A DNA stretch of 63,997 bases, the filler included, from an uncultured bacterium (GTDB lineage: Bacteria > Auribacterota > CAZIXI01), in the NCBI GenBank assembly GCA_964543115.1. It is 5 parts of 5 records of this genome, joined end to end, with 100 filler letters (N's around TTAATTAATTAA, not from the genome) between each part and the next. Parts side by side here need not be neighbours in the genome. Positions count along the whole stretch, not along the records: positions 29,268 to 43,541 come from CAZIXI010000063.1; positions 43,642 to 57,814 come from CAZIXI010000064.1; 3 more parts are not named here. One strand, 5' to 3'. Under the pieces are notes generated by a model, which saw only the letters and a list, made by a program, of their open reading frames with translations, made no database searches and was not told the DNA's origin. Positions 38,974 through 48,000 of this stretch are shown here, one piece after another; within the stretch, counting starts at the first letter, position 1; every line of letters begins with the position of its first letter. Made by a program: the position numbers and the translations under genes.

Positions 38974-40416
38974 ATGAAGATTATTCCATTATTCTTAGTG
39001 TTTTCTATTCTTGCCTGTTTCCTTTTCCTGCTTTCTGCTTTAGCTACGGAAGAAAACGAACAACAAGCGGCCTTTCTTATTGATGTCCAGGGGGTGATTG
39101 ACTTGGGCTTAAGCGGTTTTATTGAACGGGCGCTGGCTGAAGCCCAGAAAACGGAAGCGGAACTGATAATCCTTGATATTGATACATTTGGCGGCCGGGT
39201 GGACGCGGCTACTGATATTTGTGACTCTCTGGCCCGGGTATCAACTGTGCCCACAGTTGCTTTTATTACCGGGGAGGCCTGGAGTGCCGGTGCGCTGATC
39301 AGTTTGGCCTGCAAAAAAATAGTTATGGTGCCGGGAAGTTCGATTGGTTCTGCCGAACCACGCAGTGGAGCGATGAGTAATATGGAGCACACGGATGAAA
39401 AGATGATTTCCGCCCTGCGCGCGAAATTTAAGGCTGTTGCTGAACAAAACGGCCATTCCGTTAATTTGGCGCAGGCGATGGTGGATAAGGACATTGAATT
39501 GCGCCTGGTTAACACGAATAAAGGACAGGAGATTTTAACGGAAGAAGAGTGGCTGGCAAAATCTGAACGTTATCGGAAAAGAACAAAGGCACGTGTTCTG
39601 GTAGCTAAGGATAAATTGCTTAATTTAACCGCCCAGGAGGCGAAAGAATTGGGATTGGCAGATGCTGTTTTAGCGACAAAAGAGGAATTGTTAGAATTTG
39701 TTTCTTTGCCAAAGGCCAGGATCCTTTCCTGCCGCTTGAACTGGTCGGAAGTACTTGTCCGCTGGTTGACCCATCCGCTGCTCAGTTCATTTCTCCTGAC
39801 CATTGGTTTTCTCGGGCTATTGTTCGAGTTGAGGATCCCGGGCTGGGGGATTTCCGGAACCATTGGTTTATTGGCCCTGGCCCTATTTTTTTGGGGCCAC
39901 TATCTTATTGGTCTGGCTAACTGGCTGGAGATTTTTCTCTTTCTGTTAGGAGTTGGTCTCTTGGCGTTAGAAATATTTGTTATTCCCGGATTTGGCCTTG
40001 CCGGCCTGGGCGGGATTATTTTAATAGTAATCAGCCTCTTTCTCGCCCTGATCAAACATCCTTTTGAGATTCCGCGCCGGGAACTGCTGGGAGCATTTTA
40101 TATTATTGGCTATTCTTTCATTGTCAGTGTGCTGCTTGCCTATCTGGGATTGCGCTGGCTGCCGAAGAGTAAACTTTGGCAGCGATTGGTTCTTGAAGAA
40201 GAGGAGCAGGCAGCAAGCGGTTATAGTCAAACGCGGCAGTGGGAACAATATCTGGGCAGGCAAGGCGTGAGCATCACTGCCTTGCACCCAACGGGAAAAG
40301 TAGAAATTTCCGGGCAGATACTTGATGTAGTGACTGAAGGGGATTTTTTAGCTCAAGGGGACAAAGTGCAGATCGTTAAAGTGGAAGGCAATCGAATAGT
40401 TGTGCGAGGTGTTTAA
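38974..40416 (+). CDS. nfeD: NfeD-family membrane-bound ClpP-like serine protease (long form)
   Basis: IDTFGGRVD, AWSAGALI, EKMISALRAKF, TMs, C-terminal OB fold (G-SITALHPTGKV). Confidence 0.88.
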   Translation: MKIIPLFLVFSILACFLFLLSALATEENEQQAAFLIDVQGVIDLGLSGFIERALAEAQKTEAELIILDIDTFGGRVDAATDICDSLARVSTVPTVAFITGEAWSAGALISLACKKIVMVPGSSIGSAEPRSGAMSNMEHTDEKMISALRAKFKAVAEQNGHSVNLAQAMVDKDIELRLVNTNKGQEILTEEEWLAKSERYRKRTKARVLVAKDKLLNLTAQEAKELGLADAVLATKEELLEFVSLPKARILSCRLNWSEVLVRWLTHPLLSSFLLTIGFLGLLFELRIPGWGISGTIGLLALALFFWGHYLIGLANWLEIFLFLLGVGLLALEIFVIPGFGLAGLGGIILIVISLFLALIKHPFEIPRRELLGAFYIIGYSFIVSVLLAYLGLRWLPKSKLWQRLVLEEEEQAASGYSQTRQWEQYLGRQGVSITALHPTGKVEISGQILDVVTEGDFLAQGDKVQIVKVEGNRIVVRGV

Positions 40417-41030
40417 TGCCGGATTGGATAATTATTTTACTGTTAATTTTGCTGGGCTTTATTTTTTTGATGTTGGAACTTTTTGTCATTCCGGGATTCG
40501 GTTTTATGGGAATCTTAGGGTTGTTGTGCCTGGGAGGGGCCTCTTTTTTGGCCTACATTAAATNNNNNNNNNNTATTTGGTGCACAACCCAATCATGGTC
40601 CCTTACGGCCTATTTTTTAAAAAAAAATAAAAAAATTTACATAAAAATGGCCCCAACGATTACCAGTATCACCAGAATTTATAATGCCTACATTAAATTA
40701 AGTTTAGCGGCTGGCATTATTGTTACTGTTTTTTCGCTGCTGTTAGTAGTGATAGCTATCAGGACTTTTTTCAGGTCAAAGTTCTGGCAGAAGATTCGTT
40801 TAGAAAAGAGTATTTCCCGGGAAGCAGGTTATTCCGCGACCCGGAAAGGCCTGGACGAATTGCTTGGTAAAACCGGTGTTACTTTAACTGTTTTAAGGCC
40901 CGTGGGTAAGGCGCAGATTGGAAGGTTACGGGTGGATGTAGTTACAGAAATGGAAATGATTGGAAAAGGAAAGCAGATTGAAGTAATTAAAGTAGAAGGC
41001 AACCGGGTTGTGGTTAAAGAAATAACCTAG
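40416..41030 (+). CDS. Short NfeD (TM + OB fold), interrupted by scaffold gap
   Basis: LELFVIPGFG, GKTGVTLTVLRPVG; 10 Ns at 40564-40573 and a duplicated gcctacattaaat either side of ~110 nt of foreign-looking sequence. Confidence 0.7.
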   Translation: MPDWIIILLLILLGFIFLMLELFVIPGFGFMGILGLLCLGGASFLAYIKXXXXIWCTTQSWSLTAYFLKKNKKIYIKMAPTITSITRIYNAYIKLSLAAGIIVTVFSLLLVVIAIRTFFRSKFWQKIRLEKSISREAGYSATRKGLDELLGKTGVTLTVLRPVGKAQIGRLRVDVVTEMEMIGKGKQIEVIKVEGNRVVVKEIT

Positions 41031-41072
41031 AGTCTCAAAGTTTTCTCTTATATCCACTTTGTCACTCTGTCA

Positions 41073-41116
41073 CCCCAATGCTTCGCATTGGGGCTGCTAT
41101 TATTGGAATGGATATA
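41073..41116 (-). repeat. Dispersed hairpin repeat, copy 1
   Basis: Reverse complement tatatccattccaataatagcagccccaatgcgaagcattgggg matches 60340-60381. Confidence 0.8.
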
Positions 41117-41172
41117 ACCTGCCATTATAGGAATGGTTATAGACTGCTCTGTCACTTTAAAAGGAGGTTAGT

Positions 41173-42147
41173 ATGCCCTTAGTAATCCTGATTATTGGTA
41201 TTGTAGCGTTTTTGTTTGTTTTCGTTTATTTGATTCCTGTACGGCTCTGGGTGGCGGCTCTGGCTGCCGGGGTAAAGATTGGGATGTTTCCCCTGATCGG
41301 GATGCGTCTGCGGAATGTTTCTCCCCGAGTGATTGTCCCTTGTTTAATTATGCTGCACAAGGCCGGGATTTCAATTAGCACCGATGCCATGGAGGCGCAT
41401 TATCTGGCCGGCGGCCGGGTACTCAATGTGGTGAATGCCCTGATTGCCGCTGATAAAGCGACTATCGCCCTGGCCTTTGAACGGGCCTGCGCCATTGATT
41501 TGGCCGGCCGTGATGTGCTGGATGCGGTCAGGACAAGTGTTAATCCCAAGGTGATTGACGCGCCGAAGGAAGGGGTGTTAGCGGCGGTGGCTAAAGACGG
41601 GATAGAAGTAAAGGCCAAGGCCCGGGTAACGGTGAGGGCCAATATTGATCGTCTGGTTGGCGGGGCCACGGAAGAAACCATTATTGCGCGTGTGGGTGAG
41701 GGGATTGTTACCACCATTGGTTCTGCGGAAAGCTATAAAAAAGTCCTGGAGAATCCGGATATTATTTCTAAGAATGTTTTGGCCAAAGGGTTGGATTCCG
41801 GTACGGCCTTTGAAATTCTATCGATTGATATTGGTGATGTGGATGTCGGCAAAAACATTGGTGCCCAGCTGCAGGCGCATCAGGCGGAAGCGGATTTAAA
41901 AGTGGCCCAGGCGAAAGCGGAAACACGCCGGGCCATGGCCGTTGCCCAGGAACAGGAAATGAAGGCCCGGACCCAGGAGATGCGCGCCAAGGTCGTGGAG
42001 GCGGAAAGTGAAGTGCCCAGGGCCATTTCCCAGGCTTTTCGGGAAGGTAAGCTGGGGGTGATGGATTATTATAATTTGCGTAATATCCAGGCCGATACCA
42101 AGATGCGCGACAAAATCGGCGGCGAGGAGAAAAGGAAGAAAGAATAA
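41173..42147 (+). CDS. floA: Flotillin-like protein FloA (YqfA/UPF0365)
   Basis: [49 protein letters not shown]. Confidence 0.93.
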   Translation: MPLVILIIGIVAFLFVFVYLIPVRLWVAALAAGVKIGMFPLIGMRLRNVSPRVIVPCLIMLHKAGISISTDAMEAHYLAGGRVLNVVNALIAADKATIALAFERACAIDLAGRDVLDAVRTSVNPKVIDAPKEGVLAAVAKDGIEVKAKARVTVRANIDRLVGGATEETIIARVGEGIVTTIGSAESYKKVLENPDIISKNVLAKGLDSGTAFEILSIDIGDVDVGKNIGAQLQAHQAEADLKVAQAKAETRRAMAVAQEQEMKARTQEMRAKVVEAESEVPRAISQAFREGKLGVMDYYNLRNIQADTKMRDKIGGEEKRKKE

Positions 42148-42152
42148 ATTTT

Positions 42153-42205
42153 GGATTGCGGATTGCGGACGTTTCACGAAAAATCCGCAATCCGAAATCT
42201 GAAAT
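42153..42205. repeat. Inverted heptamer pair (GGATTGC / AATCCGC), probable hairpin
   Basis: ggattgcggattgcgga ... aatccgcaatccgaaatctgaaat between floA and next gene. Confidence 0.8.
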
Positions 42206-42218
42206 CAGAAATTGAATT

Positions 42219-42620
42219 ATGGAAGATTTGATTGAAAGCCTCATAGTTATTATTTTTATCGGCATAGCGGTGGCCGTTAAGTTGACGGAAGCGGCGAAGA
42301 AAAGAGCGGCGGCCAAGGCCTTTCCCCCGCAAGCGCCGCGGCAGCCGGCAACGGACTGGTTTGCTCCGGAAACCTTGAGTGAATATGATGAGCGCCGTCG
42401 TAAAGGAGAAAAAGTAGAGCCGGAAATTCTCTCGCCGGTTACTCCGCCGACCAAGCAAAAAACTGAAACAGCAACAACTCCAACAACTCCAGAAATCTCC
42501 GCTTACCCGGGGCTTCTCCCTGAAGACCTTTCGGCCCAGGATATTGAGCGAGGCATTGTTCTGGCCGCAATTCTTGGCCCACCACGTTCCCTCGCCAAAT
42601 GGCGCCGGTCACAATATTAA
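42219..42620 (+). CDS. YqfB-like small protein downstream of floA
   Basis: N-terminal TM; C-terminal GIVLAAILGPPRS motif; operon position. Confidence 0.6.
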   Translation: MEDLIESLIVIIFIGIAVAVKLTEAAKKRAAAKAFPPQAPRQPATDWFAPETLSEYDERRRKGEKVEPEILSPVTPPTKQKTETATTPTTPEISAYPGLLPEDLSAQDIERGIVLAAILGPPRSLAKWRRSQY

Positions 42621-42704
42621 TTATCGTCCTCCTATTGACAGAGCCCTCTGCCAGTGTTATATACCAACTGGTTAGATTATCAGTAATTTAATATCTTAAT
42701 AAAT

Positions 42705-43541
42705 ATGCGGGGGGCTATGTCTTTTGCTAGGAGATCAATATCTTTATTATTAGTTATAATTTTTCTAAGTAACGGTTTAATTTATGCGGAAAGTGTTTCC
42801 TGCCTCGCGCCAGCCGCTGCCCAGAGATGGTCAGATCTGCAGACTGTCGGACCTCAAGGGGAATCCTCCTGGCCTGATTATTCAGAATCCTCAGAAATTA
42901 CTGCCCCCAAGGCTGCTTTTCCCGCTCTGTTTGCTGAAGATACCTTAACAGATTTCCGTGAACGTTACGGTGATTTTGGCACGATCGTGGGTTTTCTTGA
43001 TGAGGGGGAATTCAACTATAAGGTCAGTAAACAGGATGAAGCAAAGCTTAGTTTAATCACAACTGACAATTTCCAACAGCTTGTCGGTCGTTTGAATTCT
43101 CTCCTTCCTGCATTGACCGCCTTTCCCGATGGCACAACAATTAAGTTAACCACAAGTTCACATTATCCACTTCTTTACAACAAAAATGATAATATTCTGG
43201 AGATTCATGCTCTGCTTCTGGCCGATAAAGCAGATGGTAGTTCATTTGTTTCAGATGACACACTATTTTTTGTTGCCCAGCATGATGAAAGACATCTGTT
43301 ATTAAAAAAAAATTTGCCGGTTAGGGAAGAATTGCTCAATATTTATATTGATCTGCTAATTTTGAGTATGATGGAAGAGGAAGAGATAGAAGAAATAATT
43401 AGTGATTTACAAAAAATTGAAGGTCCCCGAGGATATTGGCATATTCTACGTCAATATTCACGTATTTTCTCCTCAGCTGTTGAACAAGAGAAATTTTTAC
43501 GCGATATTATCCAGCATATTCTTAATTATCATCCGGTCTTT
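42705..43541 (+). CDS. Signal-peptide hypothetical protein with CLAP motif (3' truncated)
   Basis: ISLLLVIIFLSNGLIYA|ESVSCLAP; open to contig end. Confidence 0.7.
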
Positions 43542-43641
43542 NNNNNNNNNNNNNNNNNNNNNNNNNNNNNNNNNNNNNNNNNNNNTTAATTAATTAANNN
43601 NNNNNNNNNNNNNNNNNNNNNNNNNNNNNNNNNNNNNNNNN
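43542..43641. other. Artificial contig spacer
   Basis: N-run + TTAATTAATTAA + N-run. Confidence 0.98.
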
Positions 43642-43643
43642 CT

Positions 43644-44786
43644 GAGGGTGTGCTGGCCTTGTGGAAAGAAGTTCTTAAACCAGCAGGGTTGCGGGAATTT
43701 ATCCAAGAGCGGAGGGAAGTAGTAAAAGCAATGGGAGAAAGAAAAGGCGAGGTATTACGGACGAAATATTTAGGTGAAAGAGTTTTGACGAACAAAGAAG
43801 TGGTTTCAGAACTAGATATAGATATATGGGAGCAGGCAGTAGGTACAGCAGAACGGGAAGGTTTTATCGAGCTGTTAAAAAGAAAGCAGATTGAGAGGGG
43901 AATAAGAGGGTTTGTCCTAGAAAATAGAGAGATAGCAGAAAAGATGTTTTGGCGAAGAGGAGAAGTTTTGCGGCTAATGTTTTTGGCTGAAGAAATGTTG
44001 TCCAGTCGGCAGGTAGCGGAAAGTATGCGAACGTCGGTAGATAGAGTGCGGGTGTTGAAGTTGGCCGGTCTGGTTGATTTGTGGGAAGAAGTACAGGCGT
44101 CCGGGGCAGTACAGACATTAATTTTAGCATATGAGGAATTAGTGGAATTAATGCGAGGAAGGAAAGGTAAAGTTTTGCGATTGAGATATTGCGGCGAAAG
44201 ATTATTGTCTCCAGAAGAGGTGGCGGTAGAGGTAGGGGTAGCAGAGTCAGCGGTATATGAAGCAGAAAAAGCAGGTTTTGAAGAATTATTAAAACAAATC
44301 CAGATGAAAAATATTCTGCGGGATTTTGTTTTAAAACATAAAGAGCTGCTGGAGGGAATGGAAGAAAGAAAAGAAAAAGTTTTACGGGTAAGGTATTTAA
44401 GGGAGAAGTTGTTGTCCTATACAGAGGTAGGCGTGGAGCTGGGGATAAGAGGACAAGGGGTAAGAGTGATTGAGTGCTCGGCCCTGCTGGAATTATGGAA
44501 ACGCTCTGAGCAACAAAGAAAAATACGGGAATTTGTTGTTAGTCATAAAGATTTAGTAAATGATATGAAAGGATTAAGCAGAAAAGTCCTCCGGCTTAGA
44601 TATTTGGGTAGAAGAGTTCTGAGTGCTAAAAAGGTAGCTAGGCAACTAAAAGAATATTTGTCTGTTATACATAAAGCTGAAAGGGAAGGATTGCTTAGGT
44701 TATTAGATAAGGTTGGTTATGTGTTTAATGAAGAGGATGAGCCGTGTGAGAATAAAGACGGAACGGATTTAGAAGAAAGTTTGTAG
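43644..44786 (+). CDS. Tandem sigma70 region-4-like HTH repeat protein (5' partial)
   Basis: Five ~69-aa repeats K/R-VLRLRY...LS--EVA--LG------V---E--GL--L plus the tail of a sixth. Confidence 0.7.
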   Translation, partial: EGVLALWKEVLKPAGLREFIQERREVVKAMGERKGEVLRTKYLGERVLTNKEVVSELDIDIWEQAVGTAEREGFIELLKRKQIERGIRGFVLENREIAEKMFWRRGEVLRLMFLAEEMLSSRQVAESMRTSVDRVRVLKLAGLVDLWEEVQASGAVQTLILAYEELVELMRGRKGKVLRLRYCGERLLSPEEVAVEVGVAESAVYEAEKAGFEELLKQIQMKNILRDFVLKHKELLEGMEERKEKVLRVRYLREKLLSYTEVGVELGIRGQGVRVIECSALLELWKRSEQQRKIREFVVSHKDLVNDMKGLSRKVLRLRYLGRRVLSAKKVARQLKEYLSVIHKAEREGLLRLLDKVGYVFNEEDEPCENKDGTDLEESL

Positions 44787-44795
44787 TGATTTGGG

Positions 44796-44833
44796 ACATG
44801 TGCGCGGTCGAACTATGTTCGCCTCGCACATGT
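44796..44833 (+). terminator. Possible hairpin after sigma-4 repeat gene
   Basis: acatgtgcg / cgcacatgt stem with inner cgaac/gttcg; weak U-tract. Confidence 0.35.
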
Positions 44834-44875
44834 TTGATAATTGTACATTTATTATGAAATTTTTTCCATCGCCAC

Positions 44876-44904
44876 TTGACAAGTGCTGTTTTATGCGCTA
44901 TATT
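44876..44904 (+). promoter_or_regulatory. sigma70 promoter
   Basis: TTGACA 44876-44881, 17 nt, TATATT 44899-44904. Confidence 0.6.
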
Positions 44905-45009
44905 ATTGAAGCAGGGCGTTATGATATTGATTTGAGTTAAAACCGGCTATAACCGAATATTTTAAAAAGGGCATATTCCCCCAGAGGGGTGGTAATATGT
45001 AGAATTTAA

Positions 45010-48000
45010 ATGTTAATAAAAAGAAACTATTATTTTAGAATAGTTTGTGCATTAGTGTTTATACTAATAAGTAATTTGTTAGGAATAAACATTTCCTGGA
45101 CCCTTCCTCAATCTTCAAATAATACGCTTCATCCCGGATCCCGCTTTAGCGGAAATATCCAAGAGAAGGCTGTTTTAAGTGCCGAGCGCCGGTTTGCTGT
45201 TCCCGGTGCTAATGTGCCTCAGCATGTTGATACAGAGAGGATAAAAAGAGTAGGTATCCAGTCTAATTTCTATCCCGGATCATTATATACTGCTAGTCAG
45301 GGGGAAACTGTGACTTTTCGGGTAAGACTTGAAGGTCTCACTACAGAGGAACTTAAGGGATTTCGCGTTTTGGTGCGCACCGATGCCCGTTCTTTTGATG
45401 CGGCGGGAGAATATATAGAACATGATATTGAGCTAAAGGAAAAGGAGTCGGAAAGGGATATTGAATTAAGGCCTGCTGCCGACGGTTCCTGGATGGCTGA
45501 GATAACAGCGGAACATTGCGGTGCGTTTTATGTTACTGCCTATATTGTTGATCCGGTTACTAATGCCCGCAAATGGCTGGGCGGCAGTAACGCTTTTCTT
45601 ACTGTTTTACCTGCCTGGGGTCGCGGGGCCAGTATTGCCGTATCTTCGCTGCGGATGATGCGGGAGCATGATCCGGAAAATACGGAACGATTAGGTACTT
45701 TTACTGATTTAATTTGGGATATTAAGGAAAAGGCAAAACTGGGTTTTAATGCCTTGTTGTTATTGCCGCTTACCGCACCAATTAAGCATGGTCCCTATGA
45801 GCAATTAAGTCCTTATGCCTTAAATCCAGAACATATTGATTGGGGTAAGGTTTCCTCTTGGCCCTGGGCGGTGCCGGAAAGAGCAGGAGAAGACAGAGAG
45901 GTCCTGCGGGTGCTGGGTGAACATACTGGATTTCAGAATTGGTTTAGGGAGCAGGAAGAGAAGGGTGTTGCGGAGTATTTTGAAGAATATGCTATTTTAA
46001 GGGCAATTAATTTAATTACTGAACAAATGCAGGTTAATACGGCAAAGGTGTATGCAAAGTTTCTGGCATTAAATAAATTAGTAGAAAGGGGAATCATTAA
46101 GCTTGAAAAGGAGGAAGTGGAATTTGTTCGGCAAATGGTGAGAAATATCGGGGATTATCAGGCGGATACGTTTGCTCGCGATGCCCTCTGGTTAGAGTCA
46201 CGGATTGTACCTGCTCAGGCAGATAGATTAAAGGAAATAATAAAAGCAGCTCTTGCCCGTAGTGATAAGCCGGATATGGTACAGGCAAGATTAGGTGCTG
46301 ATGCTTGTATTATTGCCGGTGGTTTCAAGCGGCAGCTTTGGGATATGTTTTGTGATTCTGAGCTAGCTGCTTATGTAGAAAGTCTTAAGTGTTTTTTTAT
46401 CTATGAACAATATATCGCGCAGCAGCAGTTGGGTGAGGCTTTGGCTATTGCCGCAGAAAGCGGAGTAAATGTATTATTTGATCAACCGTTTTTTCCCTGT
46501 TTGGCTGGTACCATTGGTGTTTTTCACCCTGATTGGTTGGAATGGGAAAATGAAGAAACAGTGCGTTACGCGGGTTGGACCCCACCCGGGGAAGACCAAT
46601 ACAAGGTTCATTGGGGTAATCTCGGTTGTTGGCGGTATCGTCCCGGACTAGAGCAGGAACATATTGTTGGTTCTTTCCGCTATTGGCTCAGGTTTGGTTT
46701 TAGTGGATTTCGTTGGGATGCCCTGCATTTTGGTAATGAAAGATTATGGCGTTATCTAAGTGATTGCTGTATTCAGGGAAAGGCGGTTTTGCCTATCGGA
46801 GAACAGTTGGGAGGAACAGATGAGGTGCAGCAAAAACTGCTGGAATTAGGCTATGTCTTGTATCAGGGTACGGAATTTAGAAAAGAGAGTATTAGACGCT
46901 TGGAAGATACTTTAATTGGTGCCAACGAGTATATTTGGTTTGTAACCAGCGATACCCATGATTCACCTAGGTTATATGACTTATTTAAAGAATATTTTTT
47001 AGTAGGAGAGGCGGAGGAAGCAGATATAGCAATGGTGAATCGGGCGATGTTAACGCAGTTTGCTTTTGCTTCCTCTATCTTTTGTATGGTTAGCGGCAGT
47101 GAATACGGGGTTACGGAGCGCATGCAGACCCATAGTCCTACTGATCGCTGGAACATGGCCAGTCCACAGGCAGAAAGTGCCCGCCATTGTGATTTGACAG
47201 AGCAGGTGAAGAAGTTGAATGAACTAAGGCATAATCATCCGGCAATGAAGGCCACGGGAAATCTAGTGCGTTTGACTAACCGTTTTAGTAATGAGTCTTC
47301 TGAACAGGGTGGTGTGTCTACTCTGGCGCGTGTGCATCAACAAGGCAGTTTGGTGTTAATTAATAATTTGTCCGGTTGTAAACAAACAGTGCAGCTTGTT
47401 GACATTCCGTTTGCCACGCTTGATATTAATCCTTATCGCCCTTATCGGGTTCGAAATCAGATGACTGGTGAGGAGAGAGATTATCTGAATACCAGGGATC
47501 TTGGTGATTTTACCTTAATGCCGGGGGAGGGGATTATTCTGGAATTTTTGCCGCAGGCCGCGATTTCGGCAGAAAATTGGGAGCGGCAATTGGTGGGAAA
47601 TACAGCGGTAACCAGGGCCCTTGCTAGATTGACACCATTAGAGTTGCAGCAGCTGATCTATGGCAGTGTGCGTCCAGGGGAAGATGAGACCTTTATTGTA
47701 ACTAGTCATGGAGAAAATCTCTATGAGGCGCCTTACGCCGGATTAATGGGATTAAAGTTCATTTTTGCTGAAGAGACAAATTTACCGGCATTAAATTATC
47801 ATGTGCTGCAAGGACATTTCTGTGAGTTTCTGGCTACTAAGGTATTGGTTGGCGCGGAATTTGCGGAATTACGCAACTGGTTTTATGATTTCCTCCGCTT
47901 ACCGGGATTGGCTGATGCCAAAAGGGAACTTTTTAGCCGGGCAATTGATAATGTTATTGATAATGTCGCCGCCAGAATAGCAGGTGATATTCCGGGAATA

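Noticed and set aside
40564..40698. Unusual insertion in the short nfeD gene (IWCTTQSWSLTAYFLKKNKK...)
   Set aside because: It follows a 10-N scaffold gap and is bounded by a duplicated gcctacattaaat; best explained as a gap-filling artefact.
41768..42454. 228-aa minus-strand ORF overlapping floA and its downstream gene, and similar short antisense ORFs throughout the track
   Set aside because: They overlap well-supported genes on the opposite strand, and lack an RBS and any recognisable motif.
38974..42620. nfeD-nfeD-floA-yqfB-like operon as a novel system
   Set aside because: It matches the known yqeZ-yqfAB / NfeD-SPFH membrane microdomain operon.
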